A DNA stretch of 64,000 nt from an uncultured Chloroflexia bacterium. GTDB lineage: Bacteria > Chloroflexota > Limnocylindria > Limnocylindrales > CSP1-4. Shown here piece by piece: positions 49,541 to 58,710 of the stretch (positions are counted from its first letter, which is position 1; the number at the start of each line of letters is the position of its first letter). The translations under genes and the position numbers were made by a program. Under the pieces are notes generated by a model, which was given only the letters and a program-made list of their open reading frames with translations, was not told the DNA's origin and did not search any database. The stretch covers positions 70,831 to 134,830 of the forward strand of contig CAWHIA010000012.1 of the NCBI GenBank assembly GCA_963829155.1, given 5' to 3'.

Positions 49541-49725
49541 CCGCGAACCGGCGCCACTCCAGGTAGCTGCCCCTTTCAGGTAGCCCGCCAACGGGGCGTC
49601 GGGCAGATGCCAGATGGCCGCCATGTCGCGCGCGGCGAGGATCGGAACATCGAAGACGTCGGTCCGTGTGGCTCCGACCGAACGGAGCCAGGTCGGCGTC
49701 AATGGCAACCAAGTGGGGGAATCAC

Positions 49726-50802
49726 ATGAACACGACTGCAGACGGTGGGCTGGCCGAACGAATCCTGAACCGGCCCCTGCCGGCGTGGCGCGACGCGCGC
49801 GTTGTCCGCCTTCGGTGGACCGCGAGCCTCCGGAACCGGACGATCCTGTCGAGGCAATCCGTCTACGGGCTGAATGGCTATCGAACGTATCGCGCCTACC
49901 AGCTCCGCTCCGACTACTCCGAGATCGAGATGGACCTGCGCAGCGTCTATGAGCACTTTGCCGACCAGGCGTGGTTCGACACGGACAGCGCCGCCGAGGT
50001 CGTCGCGATCCTGGACAGCGCATTGCACGAGCTCGAACAAGCCGACCCCAACGTGCATGTCGTCGATGACGATCTCGGACGGGCCCGCCGCCTCATGGTG
50101 TGGGTGAGCCCGCCAGAGTGGGTCGACCGTCGCACCAAGGAGATCGCCGATCAGTTGCACCAGTCGCGGGTGCCGGACGCGCAGCGGTTCACGACGGACA
50201 CGCCGAGCCCGGAGGCCCGGCGGTTCTGGCTCGACGAGGCCATCGGGCTCGTCGATCGCCTCGAGACGGCCGAGTCGATCAACAGGGGCCTGCAGGTCAG
50301 GCGCCTCGAACGGCTCCGCAATGTGGGCGTGCTCGCGGTGTTCCTGTTGATCGGCTTTGCTCCGATCCTCGTCAGCGGCTCGAGCCAGGCGCTCTGGGGC
50401 CGTACGGACCCTGGTGAGGCGATGCAGGCGAGTGCCTGGCTGACGACGCTCGGGATCGGGCTCCTCGGAGCGATCGGGGCGCTCCTCAGCGGGCTCCTCC
50501 AGGTTCGAAGCTCGCCGGTGACCTTCGCGGACTATGAGGTTCGCGGGATCGAGGTTGCGCTCCGGGTCCTCGTCGGCGCTGCCGTTGCTGTCACGGTGTA
50601 CTACCTGCTCTCGTGGCGGGCGGTCCCGATCGACGTGACATCGGCAGGCACCTTCCTCCTGGTCGCCTTCATGTCCGGGTTCTCCGAGCGCTTCTTCCTC
50701 AAGCTGCTGGGCCTCGACGCCGCTGCCCAAGCGGAGAGCGACCACGTCGAGGCCGGAGGCACGACCCGAGCACCGATGCCGATGGTTCCGACGTCGGCCT
50801 AG
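49726..50802 (+). CDS. hypothetical protein with a ~200-aa soluble N-domain and 4 C-terminal TM helices
   Basis: The start is the ATG at 49726 (MNTTADGG...). The TM helices are VGVLAVFLLIGFAPILV, AWLTTLGIGLLGAIGALLSGLL, LRVLVGAAVAVTVYYLL and AGTFLLVAFMSGF. Codon usage is AT-richer. I recognise no family. Confidence 0.65.
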   Translation: MNTTADGGLAERILNRPLPAWRDARVVRLRWTASLRNRTILSRQSVYGLNGYRTYRAYQLRSDYSEIEMDLRSVYEHFADQAWFDTDSAAEVVAILDSALHELEQADPNVHVVDDDLGRARRLMVWVSPPEWVDRRTKEIADQLHQSRVPDAQRFTTDTPSPEARRFWLDEAIGLVDRLETAESINRGLQVRRLERLRNVGVLAVFLLIGFAPILVSGSSQALWGRTDPGEAMQASAWLTTLGIGLLGAIGALLSGLLQVRSSPVTFADYEVRGIEVALRVLVGAAVAVTVYYLLSWRAVPIDVTSAGTFLLVAFMSGFSERFFLKLLGLDAAAQAESDHVEAGGTTRAPMPMVPTSA

Positions 50803-50868
50803 GGCGTTCGCCGAGGCGCCTGGTCGTGGAACCAGACGCCTCGGGCAGCCGAAGCGGGACGAAGCGGG

Positions 50869-50904
50869 TTGACAGCTCCGTCATACAACCGTATGGTTGT
50901 ATCA
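50869..50904 (+). promoter_or_regulatory. promoter plus palindromic operator of a leaderless ArsR-family operon
   Basis: The -35 element TTGACA (50869-74) is followed by a 17-nt spacer and the -10 element TATGGT (50892-97), then 7 nt to the ATG at 50905. The inverted repeat ATACAACC-gtat-GGTTGTAT (50883-50902) overlaps the -10 element. There is no Shine-Dalgarno sequence. Confidence 0.6.
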
Positions 50905-51240
50905 ATGACCGCCACGTTCGAGCCCGACCAGATCTTCGCCGCCCTGGCAGACGCCACCCGGCGCGACATCGTCCTGCGCGCGCTCAGCGGGACCGAGGGT
51001 GTGGCCGAGCTCGCCGGGCACTACCCCATGAGCTTCGCGGCGGTGCAGAAGCACGTCGCGGTCCTCGAGCGCGCGGGTCTGGTCACCAAGGAGCGCACCG
51101 GCCGGCGCAAGGTCGTGCGCACCAACATGGACGGGCTGCGCCTCGCGCGCGGCCTGCTCGACGAGTACGAGGCGCTGTGGCGCGGCCGCATCGACCGCAT
51201 GACCGACCTCATCATGCGCAGCAAGGAGATCGACGCATGA
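50905..51240 (+). CDS. ArsR/SmtB family transcriptional regulator
   Basis: The sequence reads IFAALADATRRDIVLRAL...VAELAGHYPMSFAAVQKHVAVLERAGLVTKERTGRR. The ORF track starts it at the TTG at 50869, which I read as the -35 hexamer instead. Confidence 0.82.
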   Translation: MTATFEPDQIFAALADATRRDIVLRALSGTEGVAELAGHYPMSFAAVQKHVAVLERAGLVTKERTGRRKVVRTNMDGLRLARGLLDEYEALWRGRIDRMTDLIMRSKEIDA

Positions 51241-51752
51241 CTGTCACCTCCGTCCGGAAGGACCCCGAGGCCCTGACCATGACCCTGACCGCCGAGTTCG
51301 AGGCGTCGCCCGCCCGCGTGTGGGAGCTGTGGGCGGATCCGCGCCAGCTCGAGCGCTGGTGGGGGCCGCCGACCTGGCCGGCGACGTTCACTACCCACGA
51401 CCTCGCGATCGGCAGCCGCGTCGAGTACCACATGACCGGGCCGACCGGCGACGAGGCCCACGGCTACTGGGACATCGTCGAGGCGAATCCGCCGCATCGG
51501 CTCGTCTTCCTCGACGGGTTCGCCGACAACGACGGGACGCCGAACGACGAGTTCCCGCGCAACGAAGGGCGGGTGACGATCGAGCCCATCGACGCCGGCC
51601 ACACGCGGATGCGGATCGAGAGCCACTTCCCGAGTCCAGAGGCCATGCAGCAGGTCCTGGCGATGGGCATGGAGGAGGGTCTCACGCAGGCCGTCGGCCA
51701 GATCGACGCCATCCTCGCCGAGGACACCGTGACGACAGGAGACAAGCGATGA
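51237..51752 (+). CDS. SRPBCC (AHSA1/Aha1-like) family protein
   Basis: The sequence reads MTLTAEFEASPARVWELWADPRQLERWWGPPTWPATFTTHDLAIGSRVEYHMTGPTGDEAHGYWDIVEANPPHRLVF. The ATG overlaps the ArsR stop (ATGA). Confidence 0.82.
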   Translation: MTVTSVRKDPEALTMTLTAEFEASPARVWELWADPRQLERWWGPPTWPATFTTHDLAIGSRVEYHMTGPTGDEAHGYWDIVEANPPHRLVFLDGFADNDGTPNDEFPRNEGRVTIEPIDAGHTRMRIESHFPSPEAMQQVLAMGMEEGLTQAVGQIDAILAEDTVTTGDKR

Positions 51753-52630
51753 CCACGATGACCGAGCAGACGACCAGCACGCTCGAGGCGCCCGGGGCCG
51801 TCCTGACCTACGACGTCCGCGGTGCGGACTCGGACGCCATCACGCCCGTGCTGCTCCTGATCGGCTCGCCGATGGGCGCCGGCGGGTTCGGCACGCTCGC
51901 CGGGCACTTCCCGGACCGCACGATCGTGACCTACGACCCCCGCGGCGTGGAGCGCAGCGTCAAGGCCGATCCGACCAGCGAGTCGACGCCCCAGCAGCAT
52001 GCCGACGACCTGCACCGGATCATCGGCGAGCTCGGCTCGGACCCGGTCGACATCTTCGCGAGCAGCGGCGGCGCGGTGAACGCGCTCGCCCTCGTGGCGG
52101 CGCACCCGGAGGACGTGCGGACGCTCGTCGCCCACGAGCCGCCGCTCGCCTCCATCGTCCCCGATCGCGAGGGCGCGCTGGCGGCGTGCGAGGCCGTCCG
52201 CGACGCCTACCAGCAGCATGGGTTCGGCGTCGGCATGGCGCGGTTCATCCTCGTCGTCGGCCACCAGGGACCGATGACCCTCGAGTTCGCCCACCAGCCC
52301 GATCCCGATCCGGCGATGTTCGGCCTGCCGGCCGAGGACGACGGCAACCGGACCGACGCCCTGCTGCACCAGAACATCATCACGTGCACGCACTACGAGC
52401 CCGACTTCGAGGCGCTGCGCGCGGCGTCGACCCGGATCGTCATCGGCGCGGGCGCCGAGTCCGCCGGCCAGCTGGCGCACCGCGGCGCCCTCGCGGCGGC
52501 GGAGCGGCTGGGCCTCGAGCCCGTCCTGTTCCCGAGCGACCACGGCGGCTTCCTGGGCGGCGAGTACGGCCAGAAGGGCGACCCGGACGGCTTCGCGGCC
52601 AAGCTGCGCGAGGTCCTCGCCGACGCCTGA
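51749..52630 (+). CDS. alpha/beta hydrolase
   Basis: The sequence reads PVLLLIGSPMGAGGF...VTYDPRGVERS...IFASSGGAVNALALVAAHPEDV...FPSDHGGF. The ATG overlaps the upstream stop (ATGA). Confidence 0.75.
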   Translation: MTTMTEQTTSTLEAPGAVLTYDVRGADSDAITPVLLLIGSPMGAGGFGTLAGHFPDRTIVTYDPRGVERSVKADPTSESTPQQHADDLHRIIGELGSDPVDIFASSGGAVNALALVAAHPEDVRTLVAHEPPLASIVPDREGALAACEAVRDAYQQHGFGVGMARFILVVGHQGPMTLEFAHQPDPDPAMFGLPAEDDGNRTDALLHQNIITCTHYEPDFEALRAASTRIVIGAGAESAGQLAHRGALAAAERLGLEPVLFPSDHGGFLGGEYGQKGDPDGFAAKLREVLADA

Positions 52631-52633
52631 TCC

Positions 52634-53461
52634 TCAGTCGTTTGGCGCCGTCGTCTCCATGGCGGCGCCAAACTCGGCCCACGCGATCACGCCGCCGAGG
52701 TACGTCGACGTGCCCGGCCCCTGCAGCTCGGCCGCCGCGGACGCGATCGCGCCGTAGGCGGCCCTGGCGAGGCTGCCGCCGGTCGACACGCGGCGCACCC
52801 CCAGCGCGGCGAGCTCGGGGATCGGCGGGCCGCTCGGCGACGCGATCACGTTGACCGGGACCTCCACGGCCTGGACCAGCCGGCGGATCTGCTGCGGGTC
52901 CGTGAGTCCCGGCGCGAACACCACCTCCGCCCCGGCATCGCGATAGGCCCGGAGCCGGGCGATCGTCTCGTCCAGGTCGTCGATGCCATGCAGGTGGTTC
53001 TCCGCCCGGGCGGTCAGCACGACGCCGCGGTCACGGGCGGCCCGCGCGGCAGCCGCGACGCGCGGGACGGCGATCTCGAGCGGATCGATCGCGCCGGTGG
53101 CGGGATCGAAGTCCTCGATCGAGCAGCCCGATGCGCCGACGTCCGCGAGCAGCCCGACGGTCTCGGCGACGCCCGTCGGGTCGTCCGCGAAACACCGCTC
53201 CGAGTCGACGTTCAACGGCACGTCGACGGCCGCCGCCAGCGCCGCGACGTGCTCGAGCAGCTCGTCGCGCCGCACGCCGTAGTCCCGGCGGCCCAGCGTG
53301 GCGGCGAACCCGGAGCTCGTCGTCGCCAGCGCCGGGAAGCCCATCGATGCCAGCAGGCGGGCCGATCCGACGTCCATCGGGTTCGGCATCACGAACAGCC
53401 CCTCGCGGTGCAGCGCGCGGAACCGGTCACGCCGCTGGGCCAGGGTCGTGGTCGTCGGCAT
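52634..53461 (-). CDS. isocitrate lyase/PEP mutase superfamily protein (2-methylisocitrate-lyase-like)
   Basis: The sequence reads FRALHREGLFVMPNPMDVGSARLLASMGFPALATTSSGFAA...PLNVDSERCFADDP...GCSIEDF...AGAEVVFAPGL. The ORF is intact at 275 aa. Confidence 0.82.
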   Translation of the reverse strand: MPTTTTLAQRRDRFRALHREGLFVMPNPMDVGSARLLASMGFPALATTSSGFAATLGRRDYGVRRDELLEHVAALAAAVDVPLNVDSERCFADDPTGVAETVGLLADVGASGCSIEDFDPATGAIDPLEIAVPRVAAAARAARDRGVVLTARAENHLHGIDDLDETIARLRAYRDAGAEVVFAPGLTDPQQIRRLVQAVEVPVNVIASPSGPPIPELAALGVRRVSTGGSLARAAYGAIASAAAELQGPGTSTYLGGVIAWAEFGAAMETTAPND

Positions 53462-53512
53462 GCGGCGTCTCCTTCACCTGAGACGCTACCGCGTGCCACG
53501 GAGGCCCGCGAG

Positions 53513-54305
53513 CTACGCCGCGGCGGCGGCGGACCCGGCGGGCCGGTCGATGCGGAGGGCGCTCATCCCAAGGGCCACCCAGCCCAGCGGGAACGCCGCG
53601 ACCGACACGATCACGAGAAGCTCGGCGATCGGTGTCGGGAGCAGGCCACCCGTCACGCCCGTGAGCGCGGGCACGACGAGCAGGGCCCCGATCACCCAGG
53701 AGCGCAGCAGCGCGGCGCGAGAGGCTTCGCGTGAGCCAGGTGGCGAGCGCGAACAGCGACGAGCCCAGGACCAGCGCCAGCAGGCCGATGGACGCGATGG
53801 CCCACGCGGACAGTCCCGCGACGATCGCGGCGTCGCTGTCCCCGCCCACCACGATGGCCACCCAGCCGAGCAGGCCGACAACGGCCCCGCCGCACGGGAT
53901 CGCGAACGCCGCCCACGTGAGCGCGGGATGGCGGCGCGACTGGAATGCGCTGAGCCCGATCAGGGCGATCAGGGTCGCGAACGTCGCGACAAGCACGCCC
54001 ATGCCGATGGCGAAGGCGAGGTCGTCACGCCCGTCGTTGATCACGTTTCCGGCCAGCACGAACAGCCAGCCCAGACCCCCGACGACGGCGGCGATGCCGC
54101 CAATGCGAAGCGACATGGCAAACCCCTTCCGGTGTTCGGACGCGGCGCCGAGGCCGCGCAAGTGCAGGTGCGCGTCGAGCGCGCCCAGGACGAGATCCGC
54201 CGCATCGAACGGCCCGACGGGTCGATCGTCGAGGATCGCGGCGAGCTCGTCGCCGTAGCGCTCGCGCCAGCGCGATGGATAGAGGCGGATGAGCGGGTGC
54301 GTCAC
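53513..54305 (-). pseudogene. PadR-associated multi-TM protein, with a +1 frameshift near 53740
   Basis: The sequence begins VTHPLIRLYPSRWRERYGDELAAIL and continues through the TM helices (IGGIAAVVGGLGWLFVLAG...). The last helices (GALLVVPALTGVTGGLLPTPIAELLVIVSVAAFPLGWVALGM) lie in ORF 53513..53881. Confidence 0.65.
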
Positions 54306-54318
54306 GATCGGTGTCCCG

Positions 54319-54667
54319 TCAGCCGGCCGACCGGCCGAGCCGCTGGAGGCCGAGCTCCGCGAATGCGGCGAGCTCGTGAAGCTGCACCTGGAGCACGGTC
54401 GCACCCACGCCCGTGAGCCGATACGGACGGCGCCGGTCGACCGGCGGCGAGGGCCTCGATCAGGCCGCGCTCCTCGAGTCGGGCGAGCGCAGCGTAGAGC
54501 GTCCCCGGCCCGAGCGGCTTGCCGGTCGCCGTCTCGACGTCGAGCATGATCGCGTAGCCGTGTTTCGGCCCGTCGCTCAGGCTGACGAGGATGAGGAGGG
54601 CCGGCTCGGCGAACCGGCCGAACTCGGGAATTCGAGGCTCCATCGGGACTCCACTACTACGTGCCAC
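54319..54667 (-). pseudogene. PadR family transcriptional regulator, with a +1 frameshift near 54455 (the raw ORF runs to 54302)
   Basis: The sequence reads PALLILVSLSDGPKHGYAIMLDVETATGKPLGPGTLYAALARLEERGLIEAL. The expected PPVDRRRPYRLTGVGATVLQVQLHELAAF follows in the +1 frame and ends at the TGA 54319-54321. Confidence 0.78.
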
Positions 54668-54728
54668 GATATATCGCTGCGCGTACTATAGACGGAGACC
54701 CGCGCGTTGTCAACGGGTCAGCGCAGAG

Positions 54729-55865
54729 TTACCGCTCGGACGCCTCGAACAGCTCCCACTGGCCCGGCACGCCGCGGAGGCCGACCGTCCCGAGCGAGGT
54801 GAACTCGAGGTCGGTGCCGGTCGCCAGCTCGCGGACGGTGCGCGTGACCACGACCTGCCGCGCGCCGGCCTCGGACAGCGCGCGCGACGCGATGTGGAGG
54901 CCGATGCCGCCGATGTCGTTGCCGCGGAGCTCGACCTCGCCGGTGTGGATCGCCGCCCGGATGTCGAGGCCCTGACGGCCGAGCGCGCTCCGGAGCGCGA
55001 AGGCGCAGCGCAGGGCGCGGGTCGGGGCGTCGAACGTGGCGAGGCAGCCGTCGCCGGTCGACTTCACCAGCTTGCCGTGCCACCGCTCGACCTCGGTGCG
55101 GGTGATCTCGTCGTGGCGGTCGAGCAGCTGGCGCCACGCCTTGTCGCCCAGCGCGGCCGCGCGCCCGGTGGAGTCGACGATGTCGGTGAACAGGACCGTC
55201 GCGAGGACCCGATCCGTGTCCATCGCCGCGTGCAGCGACTCGACCTGCTCGCGGGTCCACGAGTACGCCTCGACGTACTTGCCCTCGGGCGCCTCCGTCT
55301 CCGGCTCGTAGACGAGGAGCACGGCACCGGACGGGAACGTGCGCGCGCTGGTGAGGCGGAGGTAGCGCAGGTCCGATTCGTCGCGGAACAGGCGCTTGCC
55401 GCTGCCGAGCACGACCGGGAACACGATGATCCGGTACTCGTCGACGAGCTCGGCGCTCATGAGGGCTGAGACCAGGTCCGCGCTCCCGTAGACGAGGAGC
55501 TCGCCGTCGATCCGGGCCTTCAGCGCCGCGGCCTCCTCGGCCGGATCGCCGCGCAGGATCGTCGTGTTGTCCCAGTCGGCGTGACCGAGCGACTTCGACA
55601 CGACGAACTTGGGCAGCTCGTTCACCCGCTGGCCGAACGACGCCTCGTCCTTGAGTGATGGCCAGAACGCCGCCCAGATCTGGTACGTGGTGCGGCCGAA
55701 CAGGAGCGCGTCGGCGTCCCGCAGCTGGTCCCGGTTGAACACCTGCATGTCGTCGTCGCTGAGGCGCAGCGCCCAGGCGTTGCGGCCGCTCCGGTGCTCG
55801 TCGAACCCGGGCGCCTCCATGACGCCGTCGACGGTCATGAACTCGGTGACGACCAGGCGGCCCAT
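54729..55865 (-). CDS. RibD_C (DHFR-like) domain fused to a class III adenylate/guanylate cyclase
   Basis: The N-terminus reads MGRLVVTEFMTVDGVMEAPG...LFGRTTYQIWAAFWP...LPKFVVSKSL...VDEYRIIVFPVVLGSGKRLF. The C-terminus reads ATVLFTDIVDSTGRAAALGDKAW...KSTGDGCLATFD...IRAAIHTGEVEL...GIGLHIASRA...LRGVPGQWELF. The ORF is intact at 378 aa. Confidence 0.85.
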   Translation of the reverse strand: MGRLVVTEFMTVDGVMEAPGFDEHRSGRNAWALRLSDDDMQVFNRDQLRDADALLFGRTTYQIWAAFWPSLKDEASFGQRVNELPKFVVSKSLGHADWDNTTILRGDPAEEAAALKARIDGELLVYGSADLVSALMSAELVDEYRIIVFPVVLGSGKRLFRDESDLRYLRLTSARTFPSGAVLLVYEPETEAPEGKYVEAYSWTREQVESLHAAMDTDRVLATVLFTDIVDSTGRAAALGDKAWRQLLDRHDEITRTEVERWHGKLVKSTGDGCLATFDAPTRALRCAFALRSALGRQGLDIRAAIHTGEVELRGNDIGGIGLHIASRALSEAGARQVVVTRTVRELATGTDLEFTSLGTVGLRGVPGQWELFEASER

Positions 55866-55886
55866 GCGTCGGACCCTACAGGATCG

Positions 55887-56861
55887 CTAGGCCTTCGGGC
55901 GCTCGCGGATGACCTTGTGCGGGTCCTTCTCGAGCTCGATGCCCTTGTACGCGGCCTGGCGGACGAGGCCGTCGCCCGTCCAGCCGGCGAACTCGGCGCG
56001 GACGACGAGCTGTGGTTTGAGCCATCGGGCGTCGCGGGCGGCCGCGCGCGGGACCGGCGGCGAGAACGGTGACGCCTCGGCCGCCAGCGGGCCGAGCGCG
56101 GCGAGCAGCTCGGCTCGACGATCGGCGGTGTACCCGGCCCCGACCTTGCCGGCGTAGCGGAGCTCGCCGTCCTCGTACACGCCGACGAGCAGCGCGCCGA
56201 GGTCGACCGCGGTGCCGGTGCCCGTCGCCCAGCCGCCGACCACGAGCTCCTGCTCCGGGCGGATCTTGACCTTCTGCCAGCGATCGGTGCGCTTGCCCGG
56301 CACGTACACGGATCTCCGGTCCTTGGCCATGATTCCCTCGAGGCCCCGCGTCCGCGCCGCTTCGAAGAACGCGATCCCGTCGGCCTCGATGTGCTCGCTC
56401 AGCCGCACTCGCGGGTCCGTGCGCAGGACCGACGCCAGGAGCCGACGTCGCTCCTCGAGCGGCTCGTCGAGCAGCGATCGGCCGTCGAGGTGGAGCAGGT
56501 CGAAGACCTCGTACACGAACGGGTTCGGTTCGGCGGCCACTCCCCTCCCCTTGATCCGCGCCTGGAGCAGCGCGAAGTCGGGCTCGCCCTTGTCGTCGAG
56601 CGCGATGACCTCGCCGTCGACGACCGCCTGTCTCGCGGCGAGCCAGGTCGGCGGGTCGAGGAACGGCCCGAAGTAGCGCGAGGCGTCCTGCTCCCCGCGG
56701 GTCCACAGCCGCACGCTGTCGCCGTCGACGACCGTCTCGACCCGGAACCCGTCCCACTTGACCTCGAACAGCCAGCCGGGATCGTCGAACGGCGCGGCGA
56801 CGAGGGTCGCGAGCATCGGCGCGATGAAGCCCGGCTTGGTGGGTTGGTCGTCCTTGGCCAT
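55887..56861 (-). CDS. ATP-dependent DNA ligase (LigD ligase-domain / LigC-like, stand-alone)
   Basis: Motif I is FEVKWDGFR (KxDG). Other motifs are EGIMAK, VYVPGKRTDRWQKVK, and the OB-fold part LVVGGW...YAGKVGAGY. The start is the ATG at 56861. There is no Ku gene in the window. Confidence 0.85.
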   Translation of the reverse strand: MAKDDQPTKPGFIAPMLATLVAAPFDDPGWLFEVKWDGFRVETVVDGDSVRLWTRGEQDASRYFGPFLDPPTWLAARQAVVDGEVIALDDKGEPDFALLQARIKGRGVAAEPNPFVYEVFDLLHLDGRSLLDEPLEERRRLLASVLRTDPRVRLSEHIEADGIAFFEAARTRGLEGIMAKDRRSVYVPGKRTDRWQKVKIRPEQELVVGGWATGTGTAVDLGALLVGVYEDGELRYAGKVGAGYTADRRAELLAALGPLAAEASPFSPPVPRAAARDARWLKPQLVVRAEFAGWTGDGLVRQAAYKGIELEKDPHKVIRERPKA

Positions 56862-56939
56862 GTCGTCATTCTGCCGCGTCACTCGCCCATCCCGGCGCCA
56901 TTCGCGGTAGTGTCGACGAAACACCACGGGGAACGACAG

Positions 56940-58004
56940 ATGGGCTCGCGGCGCCATCGCACCAAGTCGACCATCGCCTATCCCGCATCGACCGTCGCGG
57001 CCGCACTCCGCCCGGTCGCCGGGTTGCGGGTCGGGCTTGGCCGTCCTCGCGCTGGGGGCCGGAGCGGTGGCCTCGGTGACGGTGGCGTGGCCGGCGGCAT
57101 TGGTGCTCGCGGTTCTAGCGGTCGCGGTCGACGTCCCCACGGGCCCGCCATTCGCCCTCCACCGCGCTGCGGCCCTCGTGGCGACCCACCGGCAGGCGCC
57201 CAGGCGCGGGTGGCGACAATACCTGCCGCTCGAGCGAGCCGGGCCCGAGATCATCCTCAATCGCCCGTTGAACGGGTTGCTCCTGGCCATGCTGCTCGTG
57301 ACGGCGGCCATCCTCATCGTGGACGTGGAGGTCGCCGTCGCCCTTGCGGCGGTGCTGTGCGCCACGTACGCATGCCTGGGACGCCCGGAGCGAGCATTCG
57401 TACCCACGAGGGTGCTGGCGGCCTACGCGCAGCTCGCCGCTCCACTGCCGGATCGTGCCGTGGCGACGCCCGTGCAGCGCACCGAAGGGCGGCACATCGA
57501 CCGGATGCTCGACCGAGCGACACCCAACCCCTCACCGGACCGCAGATCCTCACGTGGATCGACGACATCGTGCGCGGGATGGGTTCGAAGGTGCCGCCCG
57601 AGTCGGCAGCAACGCTGAAGCGGATCCGGGCCGCCGCGCGCGCAGCGCTACCCACGGACGACCGGCCGCTCGACTTCACCGATCACGAGACCTGGCTGGT
57701 CCGCCAGGCCGCCTGCGACTACCTGCCGTCCGCGATCTCGCGATACCTCGCCGTGAACCCGGCGATGCGCGGTCTGACCGGGGCCGATCGCAGGAGCCCG
57801 GACGAGGTGCTGCTGGAGAGCCTGCGCGCGATCGAGGGCTATCTTCACGAGGCGGTGGTGCGAGCCAACGAACGCGATGTGATGGCGCTGCGCGACTACG
57901 AGCGATTCCTCAAGGACCGCCTCGCGCGTCCGAGCGCCCTCAAGATCAGCGACGAACAGCATCAGACCGAGCGTGAGGCATTACGCGCTCGTGAGCGCGT
58001 CTAG
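56940..58004 (+). pseudogene. hypothetical membrane protein with a helical C-terminal domain, with at least 2 frame changes near 57035 and 57530
   Basis: There are three pieces. The first is MGSRRHRTKSTIAYPASTVAAALRPVAGLRVGL. The second is AVLALGAGAVASVTVAWPAALVLAVLAV...LLLAMLLVTAAILIV. The third is LTGPQILTWIDDIVRGMGSKVPPESAATLKRIRAAA...YLPSAISRYLAV...LRDYERFLKDRL. Confidence 0.5.
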
Positions 58005-58016
58005 CCGCCCTTCGGT

Positions 58017-58710
58017 GTGAGCGACGCGCTGCGGGTCATCCTCGAGGTCGGCAAGAAACGCCGGGTCGTCGCGGGCGCGATGGACTGGCCGGGACTCGAT
58101 CGCTGGGGCACGTCGGAGGACGACGCGATCGAGAAGCTGCTGGCCTACACGCCGCGGTACGCCGGCGTGGCCGAGCGGGCCGGCCTGGCGAAGGCGTTCG
58201 CGAAGGCGGGCAACGTCGAGGTGGTCGAGCGCGTGCCCGGGTCGAGCTCGACCGACTTCTGGGGCATCGCGCACGTGCCGTCGCAGGTCGAGATCGACAT
58301 CCTGCCCGCGGCGGACCTGGAACGACGGCTCGATCTCCTCCGCGCGTGCTGGACCACCTTCGACGAGGTCTCGGCCGGCATCGATCGGCCCGCTCGTGCC
58401 CGGACCGCGGAGCGCCGGGCGGACGCGCGAGCAGATCATCCGCCACGTCTACATCAGCGAGCCCGAGCAGTTCTCGCGCAAGGTCGAGATCCGGACGCCA
58501 CCGGACGCCGTCATGACCCCGGACGGCCGCAAGGACCACCGGCTGGCGTACCTCGCGGCGATCCGGGCGTACAACGCCGACGGGCGGCCGGCCCGCACCT
58601 GGCCGATCCAGTTCCTCGTCCGGCGAACCGCCCACCACGTGATGGACCACGCGTGGGAGCTCGAGGACCGCGACCCCGCGCGACAGGGTCGGAAGACGGG
58701 GCCGAGCTAG
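58017..58710 (+). pseudogene. DinB-superfamily-like hypothetical protein, with a +1 frameshift near 58390
   Basis: The N-terminal part reads MSDALRVILEVGKKRRVVAGAMDWPGLDRWGTSEDDAIEKLLAYTPRYAGVA...CWTTFDEVSAG. The C-terminal part reads GPRSAGRTREQIIRHVYISEPEQFSRKV...WPIQFLVRRTAHHVMDHAWELEDR (ORF 58396..58710). Confidence 0.55.
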
